Below are positions 26,445 to 37,091 of a DNA stretch of 64,000 nt, in pieces. The DNA is from an uncultured Bdellovibrionales bacterium (GTDB taxonomy: Bacteria; Patescibacteriota; Minisyncoccia; Moranbacterales; UBA1568): contig CAZGXN010000001.1 in NCBI GenBank assembly GCA_964530135.1, positions 4,110-68,109 of the forward strand, given 5' to 3'. Each line of letters begins with the position of its first letter. Position 1 is the first letter of the stretch. Below the pieces are notes generated by a model that saw only the letters and a list, made by a program, of their open reading frames with translations, did no database searches and was not told the DNA's origin. The translations under genes were made by a program, and so were the position numbers.

Positions 26445-28775
26445 TTAGGCCGCAGCCTCAACTTTTCCATCCTCCTTCACCTGATCAAGCCGGATCGAAA
26501 GAAGTTTCGATACCCCATCCTGCGCCATCGTTACACCATAGAGCAGTCCAGCCTGGGCCATCGTGGCGCGATTGTGCGTGATGGCGATAAATTGCGTATG
26601 TTCCGAGAGCTCGGCGAGCATTTTCGAGAAACGGCGAGAATTGGCTTCGTCAAGCGCGGCCTCCACTTCATCGAGGACAGCAAACGGCGGCGGGTTGTGC
26701 GAGATGATCGCAAAGAGAAGTGCCAGAGAAGTGAGCGAACGCTCGCCGCCCGAGAGCATGGAAAGATTGTGAATACGCTTGCCGGGCGGGCAGGCAGTGA
26801 TTTCAATGCCGACTTCATAGGCTTCTGGGGTAGTTTCAGCATCGCCGAGATCATCTTCTTCGACCATTTCGTCAGCTGACTTCCGCACTTTCACCTTCAC
26901 AATTTCCAAGCTTGCCTTGCCGCCACCAAAAATTATTTTGAAATACTCAGCAAATTGCCGATTGATCTCCTTGAAGGCCTCTTTGAAAGCTGCATCGATC
27001 TTGTGATCCATCTCCTTGATCACTTCCTTGAGGGATTCAGCCGCCTTTTTCAGATCTTCAGATTCGGTTGAAAGAAAAGTAAAACGCTTTTCTGTTTCCT
27101 GGAATTCATCCACAACAAGAGGATCAATGGTTCCAACATGTTCGACTTCTACTTTGAGGCGTGCGACTTCACGCTCTAGTTTTTCTCGCTCCACTGGCGT
27201 ACCATCGTACTGGAGTGCTTCCGGGGCAAGCGAGAGTTCTTCGCGGACCAAACTCGTCAAATCTTCCTCGCGTACCTCGACCCGAGCCAACCCGACCTTC
27301 AGATCATTCAATTCATCTTTTTTCCGCTGGAGAAGATGTTCCTTCTCACGAAATTCCTTCTCCGCTACAAAGTAGGACTCCCGCTCAGCTCGGCCTGATT
27401 CACGTACCGCTGTAAGGGCACTACTCGCCTCAGCAATCTTGGATTCAAATAAACGCGCGCGTTCACGCAGTGTGACCAATTGTGATTCAACCTCGGCCAG
27501 GCGGGCCATCGCCGCCGCACGCTCCGTATCTGGTAATGCCATCACTTTTTTCATCTTCACACTCCCCTCACCAGCTTGCGAGTATAAATCGGTAATCCGC
27601 TGACGGACAATAGTCGCACACTCTTGGATCGCTTGGAGATCTTCAAGTTTTGCGACATTCGCGAGATTTTCGATGAATTCCGCCTGAAGCTTGGAAATCT
27701 CTTCGAGCCGTGCCTGAATAAAACGCAGATCAACTGGGATAATCTCAACCTCCTCACGCTCCTTCTGCTTCTCGATCTCGGCCTCGCGCCGACCTTCAAG
27801 GATGCTCGTCTCACGGATAATCGCATTCAGTTCTTCACGAAGCTTTCCAAGCTCAGTTTCGATGGCATCTTCACGATCATTCGTTTCCATCGCTATTGCC
27901 GCGCGCTTTGACTGAGCCTCAAGTGCGATTGCCTCACGCTCGAGCGTTGAGAGTGCCTCTTCAATAGCTGTCCGCCGGGTAACCAAACCATTGCGCTCTT
28001 CACGAAACGCATGCCAGAGAAATCCATAGAGTAGTTCCTGTTTTGCTCGAAGCTTCAGAGCGATATCCTTTGCCTGTGAGGCTTTCTCAGCTTGACGGCG
28101 GAGATTCTTCAAGTGCGGCTCGATTTCAATCACTAACGAATCGACGCGAACGAGATTTTCACGCGTGTTCTCAAGTTTCCGGAGGGCGCGCTCTTTCTCA
28201 ATCTGATATTGTTTCACTCCGGCAGCATCCTCAAAGATGGTCCGCCGCTCAATGGGGGTTGCATTCAACACAGCATCACTCATACCCTGATTGATAACGC
28301 AGTAGCTATCTTTGCCGACACCAGACTTAGCCAAAAGATCAACAATGTCGAGCAACCGAACACGCGAACCATTAATGAAGTATTCGCCAGTGCCATCGCG
28401 GTAGACCTTGCGAGTAATCACAACTTCAGAAAACTCAATGGGGATACGCTTATCGGTATTATCGAAATACAGACTCACTGAAGCTGTGCCCAGCCGAGCT
28501 TTATTCTCAGTCCCAGAAAAAATAACATCTTCGGACTTCTTGCCGCGGAGATTCTTCGATGACTGCTCGCCGATCGCCCAGCGGATCGCATCCGCGACAT
28601 TCGACTTGCCAGAACCATTCGGTCCAACGATGGCCGTGATGCCACACTTGCCGCCATTCGAGATGTCGCAGTCCGGTAGAAAATCCAAAACAGTCTTTGT
28701 CGCAAAAGACTTAAAACCATTCAGTTCGAGCTTCTTTAAATACATGAGATAACTTTTGAAAAAGGGTTGCGCCAA
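26445..28775 (-). CDS. smc: SMC-like chromosome-partition ATPase. Unusually short at 776 aa, with no recognisable hinge domain.
   Basis: N-terminal head LELNGFKSF...IVGPNGSGKSNVADAIRWAIGEQS. C-terminal head LSGGERSLTSLALLFAI...AVLDEVEAALD. The ~370 residues between the heads are entirely coiled-coil-like. Confidence 0.7.
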   Translation of the reverse strand: MAQPFFKSYLMYLKKLELNGFKSFATKTVLDFLPDCDISNGGKCGITAIVGPNGSGKSNVADAIRWAIGEQSSKNLRGKKSEDVIFSGTENKARLGTASVSLYFDNTDKRIPIEFSEVVITRKVYRDGTGEYFINGSRVRLLDIVDLLAKSGVGKDSYCVINQGMSDAVLNATPIERRTIFEDAAGVKQYQIEKERALRKLENTRENLVRVDSLVIEIEPHLKNLRRQAEKASQAKDIALKLRAKQELLYGFLWHAFREERNGLVTRRTAIEEALSTLEREAIALEAQSKRAAIAMETNDREDAIETELGKLREELNAIIRETSILEGRREAEIEKQKEREEVEIIPVDLRFIQARLEEISKLQAEFIENLANVAKLEDLQAIQECATIVRQRITDLYSQAGEGSVKMKKVMALPDTERAAAMARLAEVESQLVTLRERARLFESKIAEASSALTAVRESGRAERESYFVAEKEFREKEHLLQRKKDELNDLKVGLARVEVREEDLTSLVREELSLAPEALQYDGTPVEREKLEREVARLKVEVEHVGTIDPLVVDEFQETEKRFTFLSTESEDLKKAAESLKEVIKEMDHKIDAAFKEAFKEINRQFAEYFKIIFGGGKASLEIVKVKVRKSADEMVEEDDLGDAETTPEAYEVGIEITACPPGKRIHNLSMLSGGERSLTSLALLFAIISHNPPPFAVLDEVEAALDEANSRRFSKMLAELSEHTQFIAITHNRATMAQAGLLYGVTMAQDGVSKLLSIRLDQVKEDGKVEAAA

Positions 28776-28871
28776 ACCCTCTCATTTACCGTTTCAGTAT
28801 AGCTTTTCCCGAACTAAAAGAAAAAGAAGCTTTCCGGCCCCAATCTTTAATCAAGAGAGCTGCGGGCTCCA

Positions 28872-29564
28872 TTACCACCCCTTCTTTTCGAGTCCGTTCT
28901 TGGCGGCATTGCGCTGAGCATCCTGTTTAGACAGCCCCTCACCCTCCGCGATAAGATCGTCACCGATAAAGACGCCTGCAATAAAGCGACGATCATGATC
29001 CGGACCAGATTCACGGAGCACCCGATATTGGGGTGTGATACCCAGCTTCTCTTGGGAAATTTCCTGAAAACGACTTTTTGGATCAGTATAGAGTTTCGAA
29101 TCGAGCACTTCCTGGGTACGAGTCAATACGCGTGCCTCAATGAATGCCTGAGCGGCTTTGTACCCCTGATCGAGATACAGGGCACCAATGATCGCCTCGA
29201 CAGCATTCGCAACGAGAAATTGTCGCGCTCGACCAGTATCCTTCGCTTCACCCCTACTCATAAGGAGAAAATGCTCGATACCGAGGTCACGGCCGATCTT
29301 TGCTAGCATGTCGCTATTCACCAATGCCGCCCGAAGTGCAGTAAGTTCACCTTCGGGGCGATCTGGAAAGTCCGCATATAACCGTTCTGTCACGGCAAGC
29401 TCAAGCACCGCATCACCCAAAAACTCGAGTCGTTCGTTGTGCGGCACCGGATGCGTTTTGTGCTCATTCAAATAAGAGCGATGTGTTACCGCCTCCTGAA
29501 AGAGTGCCGTATTCCCTATTTTGATGTCGAGCGTCGTCGAAATTTTTTTTGCATCAAATGTCAT
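28872..29564 (-). CDS. rnc: ribonuclease III
   Basis: The ERLEFLGDAVLELAV signature and a C-terminal dsRBD are present. Confidence 0.9.
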   Translation of the reverse strand: MTFDAKKISTTLDIKIGNTALFQEAVTHRSYLNEHKTHPVPHNERLEFLGDAVLELAVTERLYADFPDRPEGELTALRAALVNSDMLAKIGRDLGIEHFLLMSRGEAKDTGRARQFLVANAVEAIIGALYLDQGYKAAQAFIEARVLTRTQEVLDSKLYTDPKSRFQEISQEKLGITPQYRVLRESGPDHDRRFIAGVFIGDDLIAEGEGLSKQDAQRNAAKNGLEKKGW

Positions 29565-29596
29565 AACGCGTATCAGTACTTTTTCAAGAAAAGCAC

Positions 29597-30145
29597 CTAT
29601 TCGGTGCTCTTCGCAGATTTTTTCTTTACTTTCTTTGTTGGCTGAGGAGCATCATCTGTAGATTCAACCTCCAATTCCTCAGCCCGTTTCGCCTTATGTT
29701 TTTCACTCGTATCATCTTTCATCGGTTCTCCCATCTCACGATAGATCGTCCCGAGTACGCCGTTTACAAAGCGCGGAGTAGCGTCACTGCCAAAACTTTT
29801 TCCGAGTTCAATCGCCTCATTAATCGCAACTTTCGGTGGTACCTCTTCATAGTTCCCAAACATCAATTCCGCGATACCGATGCGGAGAATATTCCGATCA
29901 ACCACGGTCACCTGTTCAAGCGGCCATTCTGGAGCACACTTCTCAATAAGTTGATCAATGATCGCCCGTTCCCGCAAGACACTTTCCATGAGATAACGAG
30001 CAAACGCATAGTCTTCAAGCCCGGGCGCAAACTCATCCATGTTCTTACGAAGCACCATGAGAGCTTTTTCATCATGACACCCCTGAAAGTCCCATTCAAA
30101 GAGAGATTGCATGACAACTGAACGCTGAAGATGTCTATTAGCCAT
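29597..30145 (-). CDS. nusB: transcription antitermination factor NusB with an acidic/basic C-terminal tail
   Basis: The [19 protein letters not shown] NusB N-terminus is present. Confidence 0.75.
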   Translation of the reverse strand: MANRHLQRSVVMQSLFEWDFQGCHDEKALMVLRKNMDEFAPGLEDYAFARYLMESVLRERAIIDQLIEKCAPEWPLEQVTVVDRNILRIGIAELMFGNYEEVPPKVAINEAIELGKSFGSDATPRFVNGVLGTIYREMGEPMKDDTSEKHKAKRAEELEVESTDDAPQPTKKVKKKSAKSTE

Positions 30146-30324
30146 GGCGACAAAGAACTACTTGATTATGTTCAGGTTCAGTATAGCATTTCTCACTCCG
30201 GCGTACAGACGCGCCGTGCCACAATATGTCTTTTAACATCACAAAGCGTAGCCTGCAGCGCCCCTCTTGACTCAAGATTTTTATGCCATAACCCCCCACC
30301 CATACAAAAGCAAAAGGCTGCCCT

Positions 30325-30528
30325 TTAGGCAGCTTTTGGAGTTTTCAGTTTTGGAGCCATCTTCACGACTTCACGCCCCTTGTAGTAACCGCACTCTTTG
30401 CAGGCACGATGCGGGAGTGCGTCAGCGCCGCACTTCGAGCATTTGGTCGTCGAGACAGGCTTCATCTCGAGAAATTTTCGAGCACGATCACGGCGATGGT
30501 GGGTATGTCGTTGTTTGGGGAGAGCCAT
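30325..30528 (-). CDS. rpmF: 50S ribosomal protein L32
   Basis: MALPKQRHTHHRRDRARKF...CSKCG...CKECGYYKGREV is the L32 zinc-ribbon pattern. Confidence 0.8.
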   Translation of the reverse strand: MALPKQRHTHHRRDRARKFLEMKPVSTTKCSKCGADALPHRACKECGYYKGREVVKMAPKLKTPKAA

Positions 30529-30683
30529 AAGGACGGCATTTAGCTTATAGAAAAAGCCTTGAGAAGGCCCTCATAGGCTATCAGATAGACCGCTTCTTGG
30601 CAAGTCTAACAGTGGTCCATAAAAAATTCAAACGGGCAGCACTGATTTACCAACACTGCCCGTTCTTGTTCCCTTCCAAAAAT

Positions 30684-31088
30684 TCAGGGTGCCTTTATAT
30701 AAGGACCCAAAAAGACCAGGTTGGTCGGTCTGACATCGCGGGAGATTTCCCCGGCGGCCGGTCCCGTCAGGAGCTTCAGGTCCACGCTCTTCCGACGAAT
30801 TTTCACCACCTCGGCTTCTTGTCCATGATAGAGACGATGGTGGCGGTACGAGTCCGGATCATCATGATCCGGGAAATTTATAGCGCACCGATCACCGACA
30901 GAAATGAGACACCGGGCCATTACGGTAAAAGTGTTGCAGTCTCGCTGCGAATCACCAAGTACTCGGCCAGTCGACTGAACTACTAACGTATTCATAGAAA
31001 CCTCCAAAGGTACGAGTTCGCTTACACTCGCACACTTCATCATCAGCGTCAAGGAATTTTTTTCTCTGCCTCTTTCCTCGTTGCTCAT
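30684..31088 (-). CDS. hypothetical protein
   Basis: 134 aa, co-directional, between rnhB and rpmF. Weak L19-like feel only. Confidence 0.3.
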   Translation of the reverse strand: MSNEERGREKNSLTLMMKCASVSELVPLEVSMNTLVVQSTGRVLGDSQRDCNTFTVMARCLISVGDRCAINFPDHDDPDSYRHHRLYHGQEAEVVKIRRKSVDLKLLTGPAAGEISRDVRPTNLVFLGPYIKAP

Positions 31089-31097
31089 TATTCCGTA

Positions 31098-31811
31098 TCA
31101 TCTTTTTCTTTTCTTGGGCGTGAGATCGCGGGCAAACCGTCGATTGACCGTTTCAGGATTGGCTAATTGGACCGGCCGGAAGCTTTTGCGGTGAATCGGG
31201 GTCGGACCGTATTTCCGGAGTGCGTCCATGTGTTCACGGGTCCCATAACCTTTGTGCCGGGCAAATCCGTACGCCGGATACTCGTGGTCAGCCAAGATGA
31301 TGAGCCGATCACGCGTTACTTTGGCGATAATAGAGGCCGCCGCAATCGACTTTACCTGCCCGTCGCCATCAACAATAGTTTCTTGTTTGAGTGAGAGATT
31401 TGGTAGTTCTTGGTTGCCATCGATGAGGAGCACGAGCGAGGCTCCTCGGCCGCGTAGTCCCGCTACCCGTTCGAGTTCGGAGAACGCTGACTTCATAGCG
31501 AGGAAAGTCGCCTGGAGAATATTCACTCGGTCGATGGTCTCAGCACTGACGATTCCGACGCCAACATGGAAAAATTCCTGCACGAGCGCAAAGGCTGTCT
31601 CGCGCTGCTTTTCAGAGAGCTTCTTCGAATCGCGGATGAGATTAAATTCTTTCTCACGACCTTCAGGAATCCTGAAATCACCGGACTTGAAGAGGACAGC
31701 CGCTGCCACGACTGGTCCGGCAAGTGGCCCCCTCCCCGCCTCATCGATGCCGATCGGGATGCGTCCGGCACCGACAATAGCTACTTCTCGTAAAAAATCC
31801 GCTGTGTGCAT
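31098..31811 (-). CDS. rnhB: ribonuclease HII
   Basis: GIDEAGRGPLAGPVV is the RNase HII active-site motif. Confidence 0.85.
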   Translation of the reverse strand: MHTADFLREVAIVGAGRIPIGIDEAGRGPLAGPVVAAAVLFKSGDFRIPEGREKEFNLIRDSKKLSEKQRETAFALVQEFFHVGVGIVSAETIDRVNILQATFLAMKSAFSELERVAGLRGRGASLVLLIDGNQELPNLSLKQETIVDGDGQVKSIAAASIIAKVTRDRLIILADHEYPAYGFARHKGYGTREHMDALRKYGPTPIHRKSFRPVQLANPETVNRRFARDLTPKKRKR

Positions 31812-32020
31812 AGGTTGCCGCTAGCATATCGGGAATCAGACAAAGACGAAAGGGGTCGCTTTTTTTATTCCACTGAAAGCGCTATAGTAAGAGTAGATAA
31901 TTTCCCTGCGGAGTCCAGAGCGCGAGCCGGACATTTGAGGGAATCCAAAGCTATGAACCTGCTGTCCTTCATCTTTCCGCTCCACAATTCCCGTGGTTTT
32001 TTTATTGCCAAAAAATAATT

Positions 32021-35000
32021 ATGGGTTTCGTCCATCTTCACACCCACTCACACTATACGCTCCTGACGGCGCTCCCGACGCCCGATGATCTCCTCGCCCG
32101 CGCCAAAGAGCTCGGGATGACCGCACTCGCCCTCACCGATACTTCGGCTCTGTATGGTGCCGTGGAGTTTTATAGCCACGCCCGCGATCTCGGCATCAAA
32201 CCGATCCTCGGTGCTGAAGTCTGGGTGTCCAAAGACCTCCGGAGCAAGAACAATACCGCCGAAGACCGCCGACGCAATCAGCTCGTATTACTCGTGAAAA
32301 ATGAAACTGGGTACAAGAATCTACTGAAAATCATCTCGATCGCCCAACTTGAAGGCTTTTACTACAAAGCGCGGACCGATAAAGTACTCTTGCGCCAGTA
32401 TCACGAGGGACTCATCGCGCTATCCGGCTCGCTCCAAGGAGAAGTCCCGGCTGAAACACTCTATGGCAATATCGAACGCGCCAAAGCAGTTGCCCTCGAG
32501 TATCAGGACATCTTCGGTCCGGGTAATTTCTACCTCGAGATCCAGCCACATCTCAATTACGAAAATCAGGTAGTCGTCAATCAAGGCCTCGTCCATATTT
32601 CTCGCGAAACCGGCATCCCACTTGTTGCAACAAACGATATCCACTATCTCCGTCCTGAAGATGCCGAAACACAAGATGTCCTCCTCGCTATCCGCGACAA
32701 CAAAAAGGTAACCGACAACGAGCGGTTCAGTATGAAGGCCTTTGATTTATCGTTTCGGAGTGAAACCGAAATGCGCGAACTCTTCCGCGACATTCCAGAA
32801 GCTATCGACAATACAGAAAAAATTGCAAATCAATGCGACTTCATACTCAAAATGGGTGAGAATCAACTTCCCTCTTTTCCTCTCCCTGATGGAATCACTC
32901 CTGATAACTATCTGCGTGAACTCTGCGAAGCTGGATTGACCAAGCGTTATCCAGGTGAAACCATCACGCCCGAGCAACGGGAACGCATGGACTATGAACT
33001 CTCAGTCATCGCGAGTACCGGCTTCGCATCGTACTTCCTCATCGTCCAGGACTTCGTGAACTGGGCTAAAAACAATGGCGTCGTGGTCGGTCCGGGTCGT
33101 GGTTCGGCGGCCGGCTCCTTTGTCGCCTACCTCACCGGCATTACCAACCTCGACCCAATTAAATACGACCTTCTCTTCGAACGCTTTCTCAATCCCGAAC
33201 GAATTTCCATGCCCGATGTCGATATGGATTTTGCTGATACCCGCCGCGAGGATGTCTTGAATTATGTGCGTCAGAAATATGGCGCGGATCATGTCGCACA
33301 AATCATCACCTTTGGCACGATGGCCGCGCGAGGAAGTATTCGAGATGTTGGTCGAGCCCTTGGTATTCCACTCGAGCTTTGTGACAAGACAGCCAAGATG
33401 ATCCCGATGTTTACTTCGATTCAGGGGGCTCTGGATGGCGTGCCGGAATTCCAGGCGCATTACAATAGTTCGAGCGATGTAAAACGACTCGTCGATGCCG
33501 CCAAGAAAATCGAAGGGTTGGCCAGGCACGCATCCATGCATGCCTGCGGAGTCGTCATCACCAAAGACCCCGTAACGGAGTATACGCCGCTTCAGCGGGT
33601 CGCAGGGGGTGAGAATACTGTCGTCACACAATATGCAGCTAGCACCAAGTCCAATGCCGTGGAAAAAATCGGGCTACTCAAGATGGACTTCCTCGGGCTA
33701 AAAAACCTGACTATCATCGAAAACACACTCAAAATTGCCAAAAAAATTGGAAAGGAAGTACCCGATATCGAAAAGCTACCCATGGATGACGCTGCCAGTT
33801 ATAAAGTCCTCCAAGATGCCCACACCACTGGCGTCTTTCAATTGGAATCTACCGGCATGAAACGCTATCTGAAACAGCTCAAGCCAACGGTCTTCGAAGA
33901 CATCATCGCAATGGTTGCCCTCTACCGACCTGGTCCGATGGAGTACATCCCCGACTTTATCGCTGGAAAACACGGCACCCGAGAAGTGAAGTATCTTCAC
34001 CCCTTGCTCGAACCGATTCTGAAAAACACCTACGGTGTCGCCGTCTATCAGGAACAGCTTATGCAAATTGCCCGTGATTTGGCCGGCTTCTCACTGGGCG
34101 AAGCCGATGTGCTCCGTAAAGCGGTCGGAAAAAAAATCAAAGAGCTCGTCGACGGCCAGCGGGTGAAGTTTGTCGAAGGCTGCGAAAAAACTGGCGTCGG
34201 ACGGGCGATTGGTGAAAAGGTCTTCGCCTTTATCGAACCCTTTGCTGGTTATGGTTTCAACCGTTCCCATGCTGCCTGCTATGCGCTCATTGGCTACCAA
34301 ACTGCCTATCTGAAAGCACACTTTCCGGCTGAATTCATGGCCGCGCTCCTCACGAGCGATCAGGGAGACACTGACCGCATCGCTATCGAAGTCCGTGAAG
34401 CACGTGAAATCGGCATCGATGTCCTCCCACCGGATGTGAACGAGAGTTTCGACTCCTTTGCTGTCATTCAGGGTGAAGATGGCAAAGAGCACATCCGTTT
34501 CGGGCTGAGCGCCATCAAAAATGTCGGTACACTTGCGGCCGAAGAGATTGTTGCTGAACGAAAGCGCAACGGAAAATACACATCGCTCGAGGACTTCATG
34601 AACCGTGTCCAGACCAAAGACCTGAACAAACGGACAATCGAGGCCCTCGCTAAAGTCGGTGCGTTCGACAGTCTCTCAGAACGAAAAATAGTTCTCGAAA
34701 ACCTCGATGCGATTCTCAGACACGGCAAAGAGCTCCGAACACTCAAGGAAACCCATGGCCAGAGCCTTTTCGGCGACATGCCGCTTCCGGAGATGAAGAT
34801 CCCATTGAAGGAAACTGTCCATTCGACCAAGAGTGAACGCCTGGCGTGGGAGAAAGAACTCCTTGGCCTCTATGTGACTGACCATCCGATGACAGAATAC
34901 ACGGAGTATCTGAAAAAAGCCGCGACCGAAATCGGACAGCTCGAGAAAGAGTCCGATGGCAAACGCGTTACAATCGGTGGTGTTATTACAAGTGTCCGCA

Positions 35001-35509
35001 AATCACTTTCGAAATCCGGCCAACCACTCTACTTTGTTACCCTCGAAGACATGAGTGGCCGCATCGATGTCCTCGTCTTTGGAAAAACTGCCGAACGCGT
35101 CGCCGGACTCCTCGTCGAAGATGAAATCATCATGATGGACCTAAAGATCGGGCACAAAGACGGACTGCTCCGGCTCGCAGCAGATGATGTCCGTCGGATG
35201 AACCTGGACACGGTTTCTGATTTCGGCCGGGTCACCAAAACACATCAGAAATACCAATATGGTCAAACTGAAGCGCCAAAGCCAATCCAAGCCGGCATCA
35301 TCATCCACTGTGATGACTCGGCCGATGCTCGGCTCTTTGATGAGATCGGGAAAACCCTCCGCCATCTCCCAACTGGGCCAGTTGCCGTAACGCTCCAACT
35401 GCTCGGTCAGACCATCGCCACTTCTTTCTCTATCGAAAAAAACCCTGCTGCAATCACCGCACTCTCCACTCTCCCGGGAGTAACACAGGTCGAGGAACAG
35501 GTGGCTTAA
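32021..35509 (+). CDS. dnaE: DNA polymerase III alpha subunit
   Basis: FVHLHTHSHYTLL is the PHP-domain start. 1162 aa. The OB fold is near the C-terminus. Confidence 0.9.
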   Translation: MGFVHLHTHSHYTLLTALPTPDDLLARAKELGMTALALTDTSALYGAVEFYSHARDLGIKPILGAEVWVSKDLRSKNNTAEDRRRNQLVLLVKNETGYKNLLKIISIAQLEGFYYKARTDKVLLRQYHEGLIALSGSLQGEVPAETLYGNIERAKAVALEYQDIFGPGNFYLEIQPHLNYENQVVVNQGLVHISRETGIPLVATNDIHYLRPEDAETQDVLLAIRDNKKVTDNERFSMKAFDLSFRSETEMRELFRDIPEAIDNTEKIANQCDFILKMGENQLPSFPLPDGITPDNYLRELCEAGLTKRYPGETITPEQRERMDYELSVIASTGFASYFLIVQDFVNWAKNNGVVVGPGRGSAAGSFVAYLTGITNLDPIKYDLLFERFLNPERISMPDVDMDFADTRREDVLNYVRQKYGADHVAQIITFGTMAARGSIRDVGRALGIPLELCDKTAKMIPMFTSIQGALDGVPEFQAHYNSSSDVKRLVDAAKKIEGLARHASMHACGVVITKDPVTEYTPLQRVAGGENTVVTQYAASTKSNAVEKIGLLKMDFLGLKNLTIIENTLKIAKKIGKEVPDIEKLPMDDAASYKVLQDAHTTGVFQLESTGMKRYLKQLKPTVFEDIIAMVALYRPGPMEYIPDFIAGKHGTREVKYLHPLLEPILKNTYGVAVYQEQLMQIARDLAGFSLGEADVLRKAVGKKIKELVDGQRVKFVEGCEKTGVGRAIGEKVFAFIEPFAGYGFNRSHAACYALIGYQTAYLKAHFPAEFMAALLTSDQGDTDRIAIEVREAREIGIDVLPPDVNESFDSFAVIQGEDGKEHIRFGLSAIKNVGTLAAEEIVAERKRNGKYTSLEDFMNRVQTKDLNKRTIEALAKVGAFDSLSERKIVLENLDAILRHGKELRTLKETHGQSLFGDMPLPEMKIPLKETVHSTKSERLAWEKELLGLYVTDHPMTEYTEYLKKAATEIGQLEKESDGKRVTIGGVITSVRKSLSKSGQPLYFVTLEDMSGRIDVLVFGKTAERVAGLLVEDEIIMMDLKIGHKDGLLRLAADDVRRMNLDTVSDFGRVTKTHQKYQYGQTEAPKPIQAGIIIHCDDSADARLFDEIGKTLRHLPTGPVAVTLQLLGQTIATSFSIEKNPAAITALSTLPGVTQVEEQVA

Positions 35510-35600
35510 AGAGATCCGGAGCCTTCCCAAAATCACCTTTTTAGGACATACTGGAGCTCATCGCAAAAAAGAGCTTTAGGCGGTTCTGCAGCAATCTTCG

Positions 35601-35670
35601 GCGAAAACTATGAAGCATGAGGAGGGCTACTCAGCGAGTAACCCGACGATGGCTGAATGGTTCGGAGCTA
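35601..35670 (+). repeat. conserved intergenic element, copy B (core atgaggagggctactcagcgagtaacccgacgatggctgaa)
   Basis: Matches copy A at 23986-24075. It lies in the miaA 5' leader. Confidence 0.7.
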
Positions 35671-35725
35671 AGATTGATAAGAAGCAGTCAAAGATTGTTT
35701 TTTGCGATAAACTCTCACGCTACCT

Positions 35726-36622
35726 ATGGAAAAACCACCCATCATTGTCATCGTCGGACCGACCGCGTCCGGCAAGTCCAACCTCGCCATTGTACTCGCC
35801 CGAGAACTTGGTGCTGAAATCATATCCGCTGACAGTCGACAAGTGTACCGTGGTATGGATATCGGCACCGGCAAGGTAACGCGCGAGGAGCAGCGCCAGG
35901 CACGCCATCACCTCCTTGATGTTGCCAACCCGAAAATTGAATACAATGTCTCACATTTCCTCAAGGATGCGACAGCGGCCATCGCCGATATCGAAGCGCG
36001 CGGGAAACGCGTCATTCTCTGCGGTGGGACGACCTTTTGGATCGAATCACTCCTTTTAGGTATTCCCCTTCCGAAAGTGGTGCCGGATCAGGCTTTCCGT
36101 GAAAAATGGGGCAGGAAAGAGGCCGGCGAACTCTACGGCTATCTGAAGCGTCTCGATCCAGAACGAGCCAAAACGATTGATCGACAGAATAAGGTTCGGC
36201 TCCTCCGGGCGATTGAAATCGCGAAGGCGCTCGGTAAAGTGCCCGTGATCGATCCATCGCTCCGACCCGATCTCTCACGCTATGTCGTCATCGGCCTCAA
36301 TCCGCCTGTCGAGGAATTGAATAAAAAGATCCGTGAACGGCTCATGGGTTGGATGAAAGCTGGGCTCGTGAACGAAGTCATAAAACTGAACCGGAGTGGT
36401 GTATCTTATGAACGGCTCGAGTCGTTCGGACTCGAATACCGTGCCGTCACTCGATACATTCAAAAAAAGATTACCGATACCGAACTCTATACCGAGCTTC
36501 CCTACGATATCATCCACTATGCCAAGCGCCAGCGTTCGTCCCTCCGCCGCCTCGAAAAACAAGGTGTGAAAATCCACTGGGTGAAAGACGCTGCCGAAGC
36601 ACTGAAAATCACAAGAGGATAA
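35726..36622 (+). CDS. miaA: tRNA dimethylallyltransferase
   Basis: IIVIVGPTASGKSNLAI, then ISADSRQVYRGMDIGTGK. Confidence 0.9.
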   Translation: MEKPPIIVIVGPTASGKSNLAIVLARELGAEIISADSRQVYRGMDIGTGKVTREEQRQARHHLLDVANPKIEYNVSHFLKDATAAIADIEARGKRVILCGGTTFWIESLLLGIPLPKVVPDQAFREKWGRKEAGELYGYLKRLDPERAKTIDRQNKVRLLRAIEIAKALGKVPVIDPSLRPDLSRYVVIGLNPPVEELNKKIRERLMGWMKAGLVNEVIKLNRSGVSYERLESFGLEYRAVTRYIQKKITDTELYTELPYDIIHYAKRQRSSLRRLEKQGVKIHWVKDAAEALKITRG

Positions 36623-36672
36623 AAAATGGCACCCGGGAGCAGTTGCTCACGAGTGCCGACGGCAGATCCGAT

Positions 36673-37011
36673 CTAGTCGGTATCGCGGTTTCGGTACGCC
36701 GTAACTTGGTCACGGTAATGGGGAAAGTACGGATTAAAGGAGACCCCACACTGCTTGCAATGGCAGGAAGTATTTTCTTCCGTCTGATTTCGTCCACCCA
36801 GACGGACTTCACCAACGAAGCGAAACTCCGAGAGGTACTCGATCTCGCCGCCACAACCGTCATGCATTCCCACCACAAGTGTGATCTTCTCAGACTGACA
36901 TTGCTCCCGTGCCTCCGCTTCACGTTGCACATCTTCTTGTACTGCCATCCAACGTGCGATCTCCACTTCCGGTACTGGCACTCCAGGAGGTTTCCATTGG
37001 GGTTGAGACAC
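36673..37011 (-). CDS. possible small Cys-rich protein
   Basis: HDGCGG...CHCKQCG. The competing plus-strand ORF looks worse. Weak call. Confidence 0.2.
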   Translation of the reverse strand: MSQPQWKPPGVPVPEVEIARWMAVQEDVQREAEAREQCQSEKITLVVGMHDGCGGEIEYLSEFRFVGEVRLGGRNQTEENTSCHCKQCGVSFNPYFPHYRDQVTAYRNRDTD

Positions 37012-37091
37012 TATTTTCTCCTTAGTTTCCGGGAAATTCCCACCTAGAAACTACACCTGGAGCTGAAAAATGGCAAGTGCCGATCCGTCCT

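Noticed and set aside
35610-35879. 89-aa and 66-aa plus ORFs upstream of miaA
   Set aside because: They are opened by the repeated intergenic element and overlap the miaA start. Copy A of the element has in-frame stops, so the element is non-coding.
36643-37047. 134-aa plus ORF between miaA and the hydrolase
   Set aside because: Composition is no better than the competing minus ORF. Neither is convincing, so only the co-directional minus ORF is kept, at low confidence.
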